This document shows positions 12,638 through 26,499 of a stretch of DNA of 57,608 nucleotides, piece after piece; position 1 is the stretch's first letter, and every line of letters starts with the position of its first letter. Under the pieces are notes generated by a model that did no database searches, was not told the origin of the DNA, and saw only the letters and a program-made list of their open reading frames with translations. The position numbers were made by a program, and so were the translations under genes. The stretch comes from Octopus sinensis (taxonomy: Eukaryota), in contig NW_021833593.1 of NCBI RefSeq assembly GCF_006345805.1, positions 1 to 57,608 on the forward strand. Direction: 5' to 3'.

Positions 12638-12648
12638 GTACGTATGAT

Positions 12649-12880
12649 TACTCTTTACTCTTTTTACTCTTTTACTTGTTTCACTCATTTGACTGCGGCC
12701 ATGCTGGAGCACCGCCTTTAATCGAGCAACTCGACCCCGGGACTTATTCTTTGTAAGCCCAGTACTTATTCTATCAGTCTCTTTTGCCGAACCGCTAAGT
12801 AACAGGGACATAAACACACCAGCATCGGTTGTCAAGCAATGCTAGGGGGACAAACACAGACACACAAACACACACACACG

Positions 12881-12922
<42 letters not shown>

Positions 12923-13405
12923 ATATATATAATATATACGACAGGCTTCTTTCAGTTTCCGTCTACCAAATCCACTCACAAGGCTTTGGTCGGCCCGAGG
13001 CTATAGTAGAAGACACTTGAACAAGGTGCCACGCAGTGGGACTGAACCCAGATCCATGTGGTTGATAAGCAAGCTATATATATATATATATATATAATAT
13101 ATATATATACGACGGGCTTCTTTCTGTTTCGTCTAACAAAGCCACACACAAGGCTTTGGTTGGCCTGAGGTTATAGTAGAAGACACTTGCCCAAGGTGCC
13201 ACGCAGTTGGACTGAACCCGGAACCATGTGGTTGGTAAACAAGCTACTTACCACACAGCCACTCCTGCGCCTTTATTGTTATGATTTAATTAACTCTGGT
13301 ACATTCTTTTTTTCTTTCTTTTATTCTTTTATTTGCTTCAGCCATTTGACTGCGGCCATGCTGGAGCACCGCCTTTAGTCGAGCAAATTGACCCCAGGAC
13401 TTATT
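12649..13405 (-). mobile_element. SINE family A cluster (one full copy plus a separate head and tail)
   Basis: Reverse complement of 4316-4906; the tail starts 11 nt after the exon donor. Confidence 0.85.
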
Positions 13406-13640
13406 GAGGGACCTTTTGAGCGGGATGGGCTACTCGACCAGAAGGAAATTCTAACTGGGCCCCCACCTGCAAGGTCATATGCTGTTTATCCTGATATGAG
13501 ATCACCATGTCATAAACATATGACTGTGATGCATGTGCCTGGTGTACCCTTATCAGATGGGTAGTCATGATGGGTACACTGGGCTTCGTATATTTTACCC
13601 CAGTTTCACTTTGATGGCATGCACTGCTCGCTCACTCAAT
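13403..13640. repeat. Unclassified dispersed repeat, partial copy
   Basis: Matches ~39700-39925. Confidence 0.7.
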
Positions 13641-13650
13641 AATAATAATG

Positions 13651-13735
<85 letters not shown>

Positions 13736-13736
<1 letters not shown>

Positions 13737-14249
13737 TAGCACTATGACCTGGCGTTGCCAGGTCATAGTGCATGCATATACAGTTGCGTGCATGCGCACA
13801 TATACGCGAGTACTGTCCAAATCTCTGACCAATCACATACAGCTAGCTGGCATTCAATTGGCGTATCAATTTCGGGCATTTTGATTGGGTTTTGGATAGA
13901 AAATTCACAAAAAAAGTCACTTCTATTGATTTTTTAATGGCTTTGCGGGGTGACTGGGGAAATGTAAAGACGTGCACGACCATCCTTGGACGGTTTTAAA
14001 TGACCATAGAAAGTGCGAGCCCTCTAACTAAAAAATTGTGGATTTGTATAAAGGACACACACACAGACATTTTGCCATTTATATATAGAGAGATTTGCGG
14101 GGTGACTGGAGAAATGTAAAGATGTGCACGACCACCCTTGGACGGTTTTAAATGACCATAGAAAGTGCGAGCCCTCTAACTGAAAAATTGTGGATTTGTA
14201 TAAAGGACACACACACAGACAGACATTTTGCCATTTATATATAGAGAGA
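13736..14249 (-). mobile_element. Non-autonomous Helitron-like element
   Basis: A|TC...CTAG|T on the minus strand, with a perfect 15-bp hairpin GCACTATGACCTGGC/GCCAGGTCATAGTGC next to CTAG. Confidence 0.8.
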
Positions 14250-14347
14250 TAATAATTGGTTAGCATTTAATACTAGTAGTAGTAGCTCTGCCAGTGAACC
14301 TCTTCTAATTTTTCTTCTTTTGTTTTTGTCATTCCTGTTTTTTACAG

Positions 14348-14483
14348 AGATGGTTACAGTAGGTGTGGCATGTTCTCCGCTATCAGTATATGTTGTGACC
14401 GGCTGAAGGAAGATAGGGAGGTCGACATAATGAACGCCGTACGGATAGTCAAGAAAAACCGGCCACAGTTAGTTCCAACATTG
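14348..14483 (+). CDS. Receptor-type PTP, D2 exon (DGYSRCGMFSAISICCDRLKEDREVDIMNAVRIVKKNRPQLVPTL)
   Basis: tttacag / gtgagt, 136 bp, phase 2 to 0; VDI..AV..V..NRPQLV is the typical PTP C-terminal helix region. Confidence 0.95.
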
Positions 14484-14489
14484 GTGAGT

Positions 14490-15560
14490 TTGCTTTTCAG
14501 TTCATCCTTTGTTCACCTCCTGTTCATCCCTTGTTCACCCTCTGTTCATCCCTTGTTCACATCCTGTTCATCCATTGTTCACCTCCTGTCCATCCCTTGT
14601 TCACTTCCTGTTAGTTCCAACATTGGTGGGTTTGCTTTTCTGTTCATCCTTCGTTCACCTCTTGTTCATCCCTTGCTCACCTCCTGTTAATCCCTTGTTC
14701 ACCCCTTGTTCATCCCTTGTTCACCCCCTGTTCATCCCTTGTTCACCCCTCTGTTCATCCCTTGTTCACCCCCTGTTCATCCCTTGTTCACCCCTCTGTT
14801 CATCACTTGTTCACCCCCTGTTCACCCCTTGTTCACCCCTCTGTTCATCCCTTGTTCACTCCTGTCCATCCCTTGTTCACTTCCTGTTAGTTCCAACATT
14901 GGTGAGTTTGCTTTGCTGTTCATCCTTTGTTCACCTCATGTTCATCCCTTGTTCATCCCCTGTTCATCCCTTGTTCACACCCTGTTCATCCCTTGTTCAC
15001 ACCCTGTTCATCCCTTGTTCACTTCCTGTTCACCCCCTGCTCACTCCCCATTCACCCCCTGCTCACTCCCATTCACTATCTGTTTACTCTCCATTCACTC
15101 TCCCCCAATTCATTTTCTCTTCACTCTGATTACTCTCTGTCCACTTTAGGTTCACTCTCATTCATTTCTGTTCACCCTCTGCTTACCCCACTTCACTATC
15201 TGTTTACCATCCATTCACTTTCTGTTCACCCTCTATCCACTCCCAGTCACTCTCTTCACTGTCTGATGACTTTTTAGCTGTTCACTTTCTGTTCACCCTC
15301 TATCCACCCCACTAACTCTCTTTACCCTCTGTTCACGTTTTCCCTGTTCACTTTCTGTTCACCCTCTGCTCACCCACTTCACTGTCTGTTTACCACCCAT
15401 TCACTTTCTGTTCATCCTATATCCACCCCACTCACTCTCTTTACCCTCTGTTCACTTTTCCCCTGTTCACTTCCTATTCACCTTCTGCTCAACCCCATTC
15501 CATATCTGATCACCCTCTGTCCACCTTCTGTTCACCAACCTTCTTCCCTGTCTGGTGTTC
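14490..15560. repeat. ~11-bp TGTTCA(C/T)CCC(C/T)T minisatellite
   Basis: Dozens of tandem units; explains the spurious CSSLVHPLF ORFs. Confidence 0.9.
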
Positions 15561-15856
15561 CACCAGCTCTCACAAGGTTTACATGGTTGTGATAACCATT
15601 TATCTCTTGTTCCACTTCTACTCCCCCTTCTTTTACCCCCACTTTTCTGTCTCACCTCTCATATGTTCAGTCTTGTATTGTGCCATCTCATACAGCATTC
15701 ACATCACTTTACTTTACTTTTACTTTTACTTGTTTCAGTCATTTGACTGTGGCCATGCTGGAGCATCGCCTTCCCAGACCCCAGTCAAACCGTCCAACCC
15801 ATGCTAGCATGGAAAACGGACGTTAAACGATGATGATGATGATGTAGTGTTTAGTT

Positions 15857-16262
15857 TACTCTTTTACTTGTTTCAGTCATTTGACTGCAGCCATGCTGGA
15901 GCACCGCCTTTAATCGAGCAACTCGATCCCGGGACTTATTCTTTTTGTAAGCCCAGTACTTATTTTATCGGTCTCTTTTGCCGAACCGCTAAGTAACGGG
16001 GACATAAACACACCAGCATCGGTTGTCAAGCAATGCTAGGGGGACAAACACAGACACACAACACATACACACACACTTATATATAATATATATATATATA
16101 CATATTTACGACAGGCTTCTTTCAGTTTCCGTCTACCAAATCCACTCACAAGGCATTGGTCAGCCCGGGGCTATAGCAGAAGACACTTGCCCAAGATGCC
16201 ACGCAGTGGGACTGAACCCGGAACCATGTGGTTGGTTAGCAAGCTACTTACCACACAGCCAC
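15857..16262 (-). mobile_element. SINE family A
   Basis: Reverse complement of the family consensus. Confidence 0.85.
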
Positions 16263-16549
16263 AATTTCTGTATTAACTGTTTATCATTCATTTTCCTTCT
16301 GTTCACCAAATTTTCACTCCATCTCCCTCTCTAGTCTCTGGAGTGTTCATCACCACTTTGCAAAATTTGCATCATTATTATTTCTTTACTTGGCGTTTAT
16401 TTCTTGTTAACCCTCTGTTCACCGTCGTTCACTTTCAGTTAATTTACTATTGAATAAGTTCACAGTCAAATGTAAATAATGTAAATAATGTAGCCTTTAC
16501 CACCCAGCCATCCACATAATGATTTTACTGACCCCTATATGTTTGGTCC

Positions 16550-16621
<72 letters not shown>

Positions 16622-16624
16622 TAG

Positions 16625-16990
16625 ACTAAACAAATTAGACTAAACAAGGAAACATTCTTCATTGAAAAGTACAAGCCCAGACTCAACCATCCGAACATAC
16701 TGATACAGAGAAATTCATATTAAGGGAAGGGAAAAAAATTTTTAAGCTATTATCTCCCTTACACCGGAAGAAATCACCCACTACCTCCCCTCATTTAGAA
16801 CTCTCCGGAACACAACGATAACTCTATTCAACATAAACATAACGTCACAAGGAATTTGAAAAGCTACACGCGAAACCGGTCTTTCTTTAAAAATTATGTC
16901 ATTATAAGAGAAAAAAATTTTTTAAAAAAATTTTCTAATATTCTTCAGACATATTGACGCAAATATATACATTTTTTAACATTTAAGCCT
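16625..16990 (+). mobile_element. Possible Penelope-like remnant
   Basis: 16646-16693 translates KETFFIEKYKPRLNHP, resembling the E..FI...KP.LN end of GIY-YIG endonucleases. Confidence 0.4.
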
Positions 16991-17055
16991 TCTGTCGTTT
17001 TTTTCACTCTTTACTATTTTCTATATATATACATATATATCTTTTTTTTTTGCAG

Positions 17056-18521
17056 GCTGAATACAACTACTGCTATACCTTCATTGGATCGCTATTAGAA
17101 CACCTGCAAGAGATTGGTCCCACAATCGTTGTCACCAACCCAGAGGGAGGCAAGGAAAGTGACCATGAGCGCAAAGACCCGGAAGACGGCACTCCAGGCG
17201 AGGAGCGGCAGTCGTCGCGCCGCACCAGCGAGTCGTCGTCGTTCTTCACAGCTCTGGAGACAGACACACCGCTCAATCTCGGCCAGCTGACGCAGTTCCA
17301 CTCGTCATCAGCCTGGTCCCCCTTACACCTGGCCCCGTGTGATGACTCGCCGATGAACCGGCATCTGGTCATAGCCCCCACGACCGCAACTGCAAGCGTG
17401 ACCGCGACGGTCACAGCTGCGGCTGCTTCTGCATCTGCTACTACTACTAATATATCTACTGCTACTACTACTACTATTACAACTACTACAACGACAAAGA
17501 ACAATGACACCATAGTGGTGACGTGTAATGATATGGCGGAGGTGACCGTCGAGGGTTCGCAACAGACTTACATAAAAGTTCCCTGGTACCCTGACGACCA
17601 TTACCAGAACCACCATGTTGTTGCCGCAGCGATGGGCAACTGCGGGGTCGGTGTTGGTGTCGTTGGCGGTGGCGGTGATGACGGTGGTGGGGCCGACCCC
17701 GCAGTCGGCAGTGGTATGGTCGGTGGCAGAAATAATGGTGGTGGCGCTGCTGTTGTTGTTGTTGATGATTACGACGACGATGACGACGATGACGACGACG
17801 ACGACGACGTCGATGATGGCGGCGGCGGCGACGACGACGACGACGTAGACGACGACGAGGATGTCGACGACGTCAGGACAGAGAGGGAAGGAGGAAGAGG
17901 AATGGGCAGAGGCAGCGAAATAATCGGTGGAGGGGAAATGGGAGGAGGAGGTGGAACGGAAGGAGGAGGAGGAGGAAGAAGAAGAGGAAGAAGGACGGCA
18001 GGGCTGGAGGTGTTCGAAAGACTGCAGAGCGAGCGCCGCCGCCTCAGGCAGGGCTCCGCAACGCTGCCGCTCCGGGGCCGGGCGACGGCGATGGTGACGA
18101 TGATGATGAGGTCGTCGTCGTCGTCGACGTCGACGCTGTCATACTCGCCGCCGCTCCCTCCTCCTCCGCCGCCGCCGCCCCCTCGGCCCCCGCCGTCGCT
18201 GCCGCGGCCCCCGCCGCCGCCGGTGCCGCCGGTGCCCGCCCCGCCTCCGACGTACTCTTCGCTGTGCGGCAGAGGAGGTTACTATTACTGTAACAGCAAC
18301 GGCAACAACAACAACAGTAGCAGCAAGCATAACGGCCACACCACCACCACAACCACCACCACCACTACCAACAACAATGTCGATACCGTTCCCCACCATC
18401 GCCACTATAAGCCCCACCCTCACCTCTACCACCACGATGAACCGAACCCACCGCCGCCGCCGCCGCCGCCATCGCCTCCGCCACCACTGCCACAGCAGAC
18501 CAAGAAGAGCAACAACAACAA

Positions 18522-18553
<32 letters not shown>

Positions 18554-19677
18554 ACAACAACAACAACAACAGCACCCACCACCACTATCACTGCTACCAG
18601 CAGCACCACAACCACCACCATCACCACAACAGCAGCAACGACGACGACGACCACCACAACAACTACCACCTGCACCACCCCTGCTCGCACCACCACTACA
18701 ACCACAACGGCAGTGGCAGCGACCACCACCACCACAGCCACCAAAACGACAATAACAACAACAACAACAACAACAACCACGGCGGCAGCAGCAGCAGCAG
18801 CAGCAGCGGCAGCAGCAACAACAATAACAACAACAACAACAACAATGGCAACAACAGCCACAACAATAACAACAACCACAGCAATTGTAGTAGCGTGCGG
18901 AAGTTTTTCCCCAGGATCACTCGCGCCTCTTTGCGAAATTTGCGGCACAGGACCCAACAGGCGCCGACCGCCGCGACAGTGTTGACAACGACGACAACAA
19001 CCACGGAGTCGTCGACGACCACAACAACAACATCTACGACTATGACAAAGCTCACACAGCCATCGACGCTGCTGCAACATCAGCAACAGCATCATCACTT
19101 TCACCATCCTCATCACCAACACCAGTACCAATACCACCAAAAACAACGACAACAGTATCGCAAAATGCACCAGCTACAACAACACCAACAACACTATCAA
19201 CAACAACAGCTACAACAACAACAACAACCGCAGCCATATCATCACTACATGCAACAACAATATCAGCAAAACTCTCGACCCCAAACGCAGGCGCTGGCCA
19301 AAACGCAAACGCAGAGCCAAACCCAGTCTCAGCGGCAGCGTCGAGCGCACGAGCAAATGCGTTGCCTGCAGGCGCAAGCAACTACGACGCAGTCGTCTCC
19401 GTCTGCGAAAGAACTGCGACACATAGCCGACCGGACTTTACCGCACTGGGCAGACGACACCGACGATGAAGAGGACTGCGTCCGAACAACAGGCGTCCTC
19501 AACGGACACCTCTGTGCTAAACCGACAAGACGGTTCTTCACGGTAGTTGCAGGCAAACCCCTTTTGACTTACCAAAAATTCCACACTCCTTTATCTTACC
19601 CTCACCCAGACTTTGCTACAAACGGGTGCTGCGGTTTGGACAACAGATGTGGGCTCGAATTTAGCCAAATCGAATAA
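17056..19677 (+). CDS. Receptor-type PTP terminal exon: end of D2 (AEYNYCYTFIGSLLEHL) plus ~856-aa low-complexity tail
   Basis: (t)11gcag acceptor, phase 0; EYNYCY is the QYxFxY motif; 873 codons open to TAA 19675-19677, and all internal repeats are triplets. Confidence 0.85.
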
Positions 19678-20203
19678 AAAAAAAGGCTCTGTTGTGTATA
19701 AGAATATTAATTTAATTCTTTTTTTTTTTGCTCTGCCGAAGAGCAAGGGTGGTGTTATTTTATTTTTGTTATTTATTTATTTTTCTTTTTTCCTTTTTCT
19801 TTTTTGTTTCCTTTCCCACTCTCTGTATTTTTTTTTTTTCAAATGTCTTTCTGGTTTCAGCACACATGTTGCATGGCTTAACAGCCGTTTCGTGTGGTAG
19901 GCTTCAACGCTGAAATAGTTGCATTAGTTACGGCAACATGTAGTGGAGAGAAAGTGAAAAAAAAGAAGAGAATAAGATGGACCAGGAAACTGTTACAGGG
20001 AAAAGGAAAATATATTTTCATTTCTTTTTTTTCTTTTTTTTTTTAGGGATTTAGTTGAGGGTAGGGATTTTCTTTAATTTGTGGGATGGGAGACCACTCT
20101 GTGGCCAGTTGTAGTCTTTAGTGATTTCATCTCTTCATGCATAACAGTAGAGTATGTGTGTACATATATATATATATATATTATATATATATATCAGCAT
20201 ATA

Positions 20204-20254
<51 letters not shown>

Positions 20255-20395
20255 TATATATGTATGTATGTATATATATAAAAACATATGTATGTTTATA
20301 GATATATACCTATCCATATATATTAGATGAAATATAAATATGAATATATAAAATATTTACATTTTCATATATAAATATATATATATATATGCTTG

Positions 20396-20428
<33 letters not shown>

Positions 20429-20447
20429 ATATAGATATATGCTTGTA

Positions 20448-20482
<35 letters not shown>

Positions 20483-20732
20483 ATTATTATATTATTATAT
20501 ATACACATACATACAAACATATATATACACACACATATATAAATACATATATATATATACATATGTGTTTGTGTGTGTATATATATATATATATATAATA
20601 TACATATATATACATAAATATATGTACACACAGAGGTAGTTTTTTTTTTCCACTTTCATTATATATCTTTATATATTTTTGTTTTGTTTTTCATTTCATT
20701 ATTTTCTTCTTCTCTTTCTGGAAAAAAATAAT

Positions 20733-20779
<47 letters not shown>

Positions 20780-21265
20780 TCAACACAATTTGCAGCTCTC
20801 AAAAATTTTTTGCATTTGAGCGTGATGATTTCAAGATGTAAATATTTAAAAGACTTTCTTCCCCCTTTATTAAGAAAAAGGGATCACAGCCACACATTCA
20901 CACATAGTAAACAACACACTAATACGATAAGCACAAGCATTGCTCGCTTTCATTTTCCATTTTTCCCCCCCTCTTCTTAACGACACATAATATTGGAAAG
21001 AGGACGAAGATTACAAGAAAAAATATTTATACATATATGTATCAACATAAATGTATATACACACACACACACACAAGCACATACATATATACATATATAT
21101 ATATATATGTGTGTGTGCATGTGTGTGTATATATATATAAGTATGTATGTATATGATGGTTTTGAATTCTTTGCACACTATTGAACTTATATTTTTAATT
21201 GAAAATTTTTGAAGTGCAACAGAGGGTTTCTAAAAGTCGAAAAAAGTTTTATCTAAAATTTACAG

Positions 21266-21296
<31 letters not shown>

Positions 21297-22064
21297 CAAA
21301 TGTATATGTACATATATGTGTATATATGAATATATATAAATATATACACATATATATATATATGTACACGTATATATATATATATATATATACGTATATA
21401 TGCACATACATATATATATATATATATACACATATATATATATGCGTATATGGGTTACAGTTCTTTCATATTTTACAGCATATGTGCACTCGTAGATACA
21501 ACAATTTTTTAGTTTGGTCTTGTATCTTACATTCTAACCAAAACTGCTATGTATATATGTGTATACATGTTGTATGTATGTGTGTGTGTGTGTCTGTATG
21601 CACATGTATGTGGGCTCATTTGGGCAAAATTCTGGTTTAAGCACCTCATGTGGCCCCTTACAACTTTTTTTTATTTTGGGGAATTTTCAAACAAATTTTG
21701 CAAATTTTTGTTGTACACATGGAGATTTATATGATAATGCCAAATGTTTTTTTTTTTCTTAAATGTGCGTGATTCAAATGTGATCTAGCTGTTGTTTTTT
21801 GCAAATCCCATGACCGCCTGGTACGACCGGCTGAATAGTGAGCTTCGATCCAGAATGCATAATAGGTCATATGTATGCGTGAAGATTAACTGTTTTTAAT
21901 TTGGATTTCAAAGGATTTCAAAAATTATTTTAAAATTGCAAAGAGAAACATATAAGAGATTTAGACTGTTCATATTTTAAACTCTGATCAGAAAAAAATG
22001 GAAATTTATGAGGGTCGGGGTTTAAAAATTGTAAAAAAACCCCAAAAAACAGAACATTTTTTGT

Positions 22065-22359
22065 ATCGCTATTAGAACACCTGCAAGAGATTGGTCCCAC
22101 AATCGTTGTCACCAACCCAGAAGGAAGCAAGGAAAGTGACCATGAGCGCAAAGACCCGGAAGACGGCACTCCAGGCGAAGGGCGGCAGTCGTCGCACCGC
22201 ACCAGCGAGTCGTCATCGTTCTTCACAGCTCTGGAGACAGACACATCGCTCAATCTCGGCCAGCTGACGCAGTTCCGCTCGTCGTCAGCCTGGTCCCCCT
22301 TACACCTGGCCCCGTGTGATGACTCGCCGATGAACTGGCATCTGGTCATGGTCACAGCT
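22065..22359 (+). pseudogene. Partial duplicate of the PTP terminal exon
   Basis: 22065-22349 matches 17088-17372 without gaps (10 mismatches in 285 nt), then 10 nt match 17409-17418; the acceptor was not copied. Confidence 0.9.
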
Positions 22360-22830
22360 CCCACGTGTAGGAAACAGATTTGCAAAACTTTTCAGTAAAT
22401 TCCAAAAAAGTAAAAATGGCTATGAGGGTTTATACGGGACACTAAAACCAGAACTCCGCCCACATATGTGGATATACAAATATATGTATGCACACAAGCA
22501 TACACCATAAGTACACTCACAGACAAACATACACATACATGCACGCGTGCACACACACACACATAAGTATATATGCTAAAAGATGCAAAAGACATTCTAA
22601 AGAGAAATAAAAATAAGGCATCTGCGTGTGCACACGCATGCATCTGTGTGTGTGTCTGTGTGTACTTGCATGCATGAGTGCATGTGTGTGTGTGTGTGTG
22701 ACATGGTTTAAAATGTAAGAGAACTCATCTTGTAGCCAAAATCTTTTTCCTCTTTTTTTAAAATATTTTTTTGTTGTTGTCAATTTTTGTGTGTTCATAC
22801 CAGTGTTTTTACAAATGAAAATTGTGCAAC

Positions 22831-22882
<52 letters not shown>

Positions 22883-23262
22883 TGGCACATTTTAAAATTT
22901 ACAGCCAAGAGGAATGAAAAAAAAATAATGATATAATATATAGTCGAAAGTTATATATATATATATATAAATTTTTAAAAATGACAAAATAATAATAATA
23001 ATGATAATACTAAGGACATTGCTCCAGCATGGCCTTAGCCCAAATGGCTGAATGTAACTGAAACATACAGTGTTTGTAAATTTGTTTTTTGATTTTTTTT
23101 TTTTGAAATTTAAATTTAAAATAATTAAATGATACTTGAACTCTACAGCACATATATATATGTATATATATATATATACATATATATACATACATACATA
23201 TATATATATATATTATATATATATGTATTATATATATATATATTATATATATATATATATAT

Positions 23263-23302
<40 letters not shown>

Positions 23303-23724
23303 ATGTATGTATATATATAAAATGGGTGTATAGCAGAGAAGCTTGATAAATGTGTAGTTTTATACACATATGCTGGACACGTGTTTAAATACACTGGTTT
23401 CTATTAATTTTTTTCCGTGTGTGTTTGTGTGTATTTATGGGTGATTGTGTGTGTGTGTATGTATGTTTGTATGTATGTGGAATTTGTAATGATGATTGGC
23501 AGGGGGGGTTAGCATCAGTGTTTTGTTTCTTTTTGTTTTAAATTCATTTTTTTTTCTCTCTGTCGGTGTGTTTACAGTGTGTTTGATTATCAAAGGATAA
23601 ACGCTCTTTAAAAAATAGGGGCCTTTATGCACAGACATGCATAAGGTGTGGTTTCTAATTAGCTGCTTTTAAGTACTCAATACAGCAGTTATAGATCGCC
23701 CCTCAACAAACTCTTTGCCGTCTA

Positions 23725-24210
23725 ATTTAGGGACCACATGATGTAATAAGAGAGTTCCTGTCCAGTCCCTTTAACTTTTTCAATGTATTAGGTGAATCTT
23801 CATACTGTTTTTAAAAATAGGGACCACATGATCCAGGGAGGGGCCTTCTGTGTAGTCATTCAAATGAGACTACCTTTAAAATAGGGACCATATAAACCAG
23901 GGAAGGAACTTCCGTATAGTCATTCAAATGAGACTACCTTTTAAATAGGGACCATATAAACCAGGGAGGGAACTTCCGTATAGTCATTCAAATGAGACTG
24001 CCTTTAAAATAGGGACCACGTGTGTCAGTGCAGAAAGGTGAGGTTTCTAAGTTGATGCTTGAAATTATTCAATGCAGTGGCTATACCTTTAAATATAGGG
24101 ACCACATGTTTATATGAGGGAGTTTTTGCTTAGTTGTCTAGTCTCTTTACCCTTTTCAGTGTATCAGGTGGATCTCCATGTTGTTTTTAAAATAGGGGCC
24201 ACGTGAACTG
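23725..24210. repeat. Degenerate minisatellite with AAAATAGGGACCA core
   Basis: Core recurs about 7 times; three ~63-bp units are nearly identical (23860-24015). Confidence 0.7.
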
Positions 24211-25183
24211 GTGAGGTTATTAATACTGCCTCTCTCACTAATATAAATTTTTTAACAAGCTCACTGGCTAATTGCGACATCAGCGCCTTGTTTTGGCACT
24301 GTTATTGATCGGGCGAAGGAGGGGGGGGGGTCACAGCACTGGGGTTGGAGGGTGGGTGGTTGGGGTGTGTGGGTCTATCTCCCTGCAGGTGATATAAACA
24401 AGAATGCCTCTGTTGCTAATTTATGCTTACTTAAAAACAGCAACCAAGTCACCCCCTCTGCAAACTCTGAAACAGCAGTAACAAAAGAAAATGAGAGAAA
24501 AAAGTGAGAGAGAGTGAGAGAAAGAAGGAAAGAAAGAAAGAAAGAAAGAAAGAGAAAGGCACACACTCACAATCGTGCACGTATACACACTCTTACGCAA
24601 TGACATATGCACAAAAATTTTAAATCTATCTTTTCAATTGGTCAAAAATTTTTAATGTCTCTTTTGATTGATCAAAGCTTATCAGTCAGACTTTTTTGAT
24701 TGGTCGAAATTTTTAAATGTCTTTTTGATTAGTCAAAATTTTAAAATACACACCCTTTTGATTGGTCGAATTATCTCTGGTTATTTTCGATTGGTGTGGA
24801 TTTATCGATGATCTGTCTTTTTTTGTGATTGGTCAAACTTACCAATGTCCCCTTTTTTTTTTTTTTTTTTGATTGGTCAAAAAAAATATCAATCTCTCCC
24901 TTTTGATTAGTCAAACTATCAAATCAATCTGTCTTTTTGATTGATCAAAAAAAAAAAATATTCCCAACTCCCCCCAAATAAAACATACCATTTTTCTCAA
25001 TTTCTTTTTTTTCTTTTTTTTTAAATATTTTTGGCGAGAAAATCCGAACAAAATTCACTTTCTGCAGTTGTTGTTGTTGTTGTTGCGGTTACTCTTTCGA
25101 GATTTTCTCCAAATGAACTTTTGGAATATGTACATAAAATGTCTTTTATTTATTGGATTTTGATGATGCTAGTGATATTAAAC

Positions 25184-25220
<37 letters not shown>

Positions 25221-25584
25221 CATATAAATATATATGTATATGGATGTACATACACAGTATATATACACATATATAGATTGAGTCTTTAAAAAAATCACCT
25301 TTATGATATGATGATGATGATGATTACAATGATGAAAACGGTGATATTTCTGGTATATCTATACAAACCAAAAGGTGTTTTTTTTTTCTGACGATATTTT
25401 TTTGTCTTTATAAATTGCATTTCTTCCCCCTGGGACAATTTAATGTCTGGAAATAAATGAATTAAGATTTGTCGTTTTAATCTTTAAAAAAAAGAATTTA
25501 CAGCATATAAACAATGATACTTAAATATATATATTATATATAAAATTATTGTATTGTATACATATTATATATGTGTGGTGTGTG

Positions 25585-25638
<54 letters not shown>

Positions 25639-26467
25639 AATGCATATGTATGTGTGTATGTATGTATGTATATATTATATATATATATGTAAATGCATTT
25701 GTATATGTCTATATATATATATCATTATATGTGTGTGTGTATATATATATATGTGTGTATGTGTGTATATATATGTGTGTAAATGCATATGTATATATAT
25801 ATCATATGTGTGTGTGTATATATATATGTGTGTGTGTGTATATATATATGTGTGTGTGTGTGTATATATGTATATATATATATGTAAATGCATATGTATG
25901 TGTGTATGTATGTATGTATATATATATTTATATATATATGTAAATGCATTATTATATGTGTATGTATATATATATATCATTATATGTGTGTGTATATATA
26001 TATGTGTGTGTGTGTATATATGTGTGTAAATGCATATGTATATATATATCATATGTGTGTGTGTATATATATATATGTGTGTGTGTGTATATATGTATAT
26101 ATATATATGTAAATGCATATGTATGTGTGTATGTATGTATATATATATATTTATATATATATGTAAATGCATTATTATATGTGTATGTATATATATATAT
26201 CATTATATGTGTGTGTATATATATGTGTGTGTGTGTGTATATATGTGTGTAAATGCATATATATATATATATAACATATGTGTGTGTGTGAATGTGCATA
26301 AATGCATGTGTATATGTACATATGTATGTATTTAAAAACACACATACACATGCATGTATACACAATGCTTCTTTTATTAATGAGGAAACTCTGAACGATT
26401 TACCCAGCGACTTAATGTTTCATGCCAGATCAGTTTTTCATTGTGAGATTAAACATTCTGAAACAGT

Positions 26468-26499
<32 letters not shown>

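Noticed and set aside
22065-22349. Idea that the exon duplicate is a retrocopy of A-to-I edited RNA
   Set aside because: Only 3 of 10 differences are A-to-G; the rest are G-to-A or C-to-T, several at CpG, and there is no poly(A) tail or target duplication.
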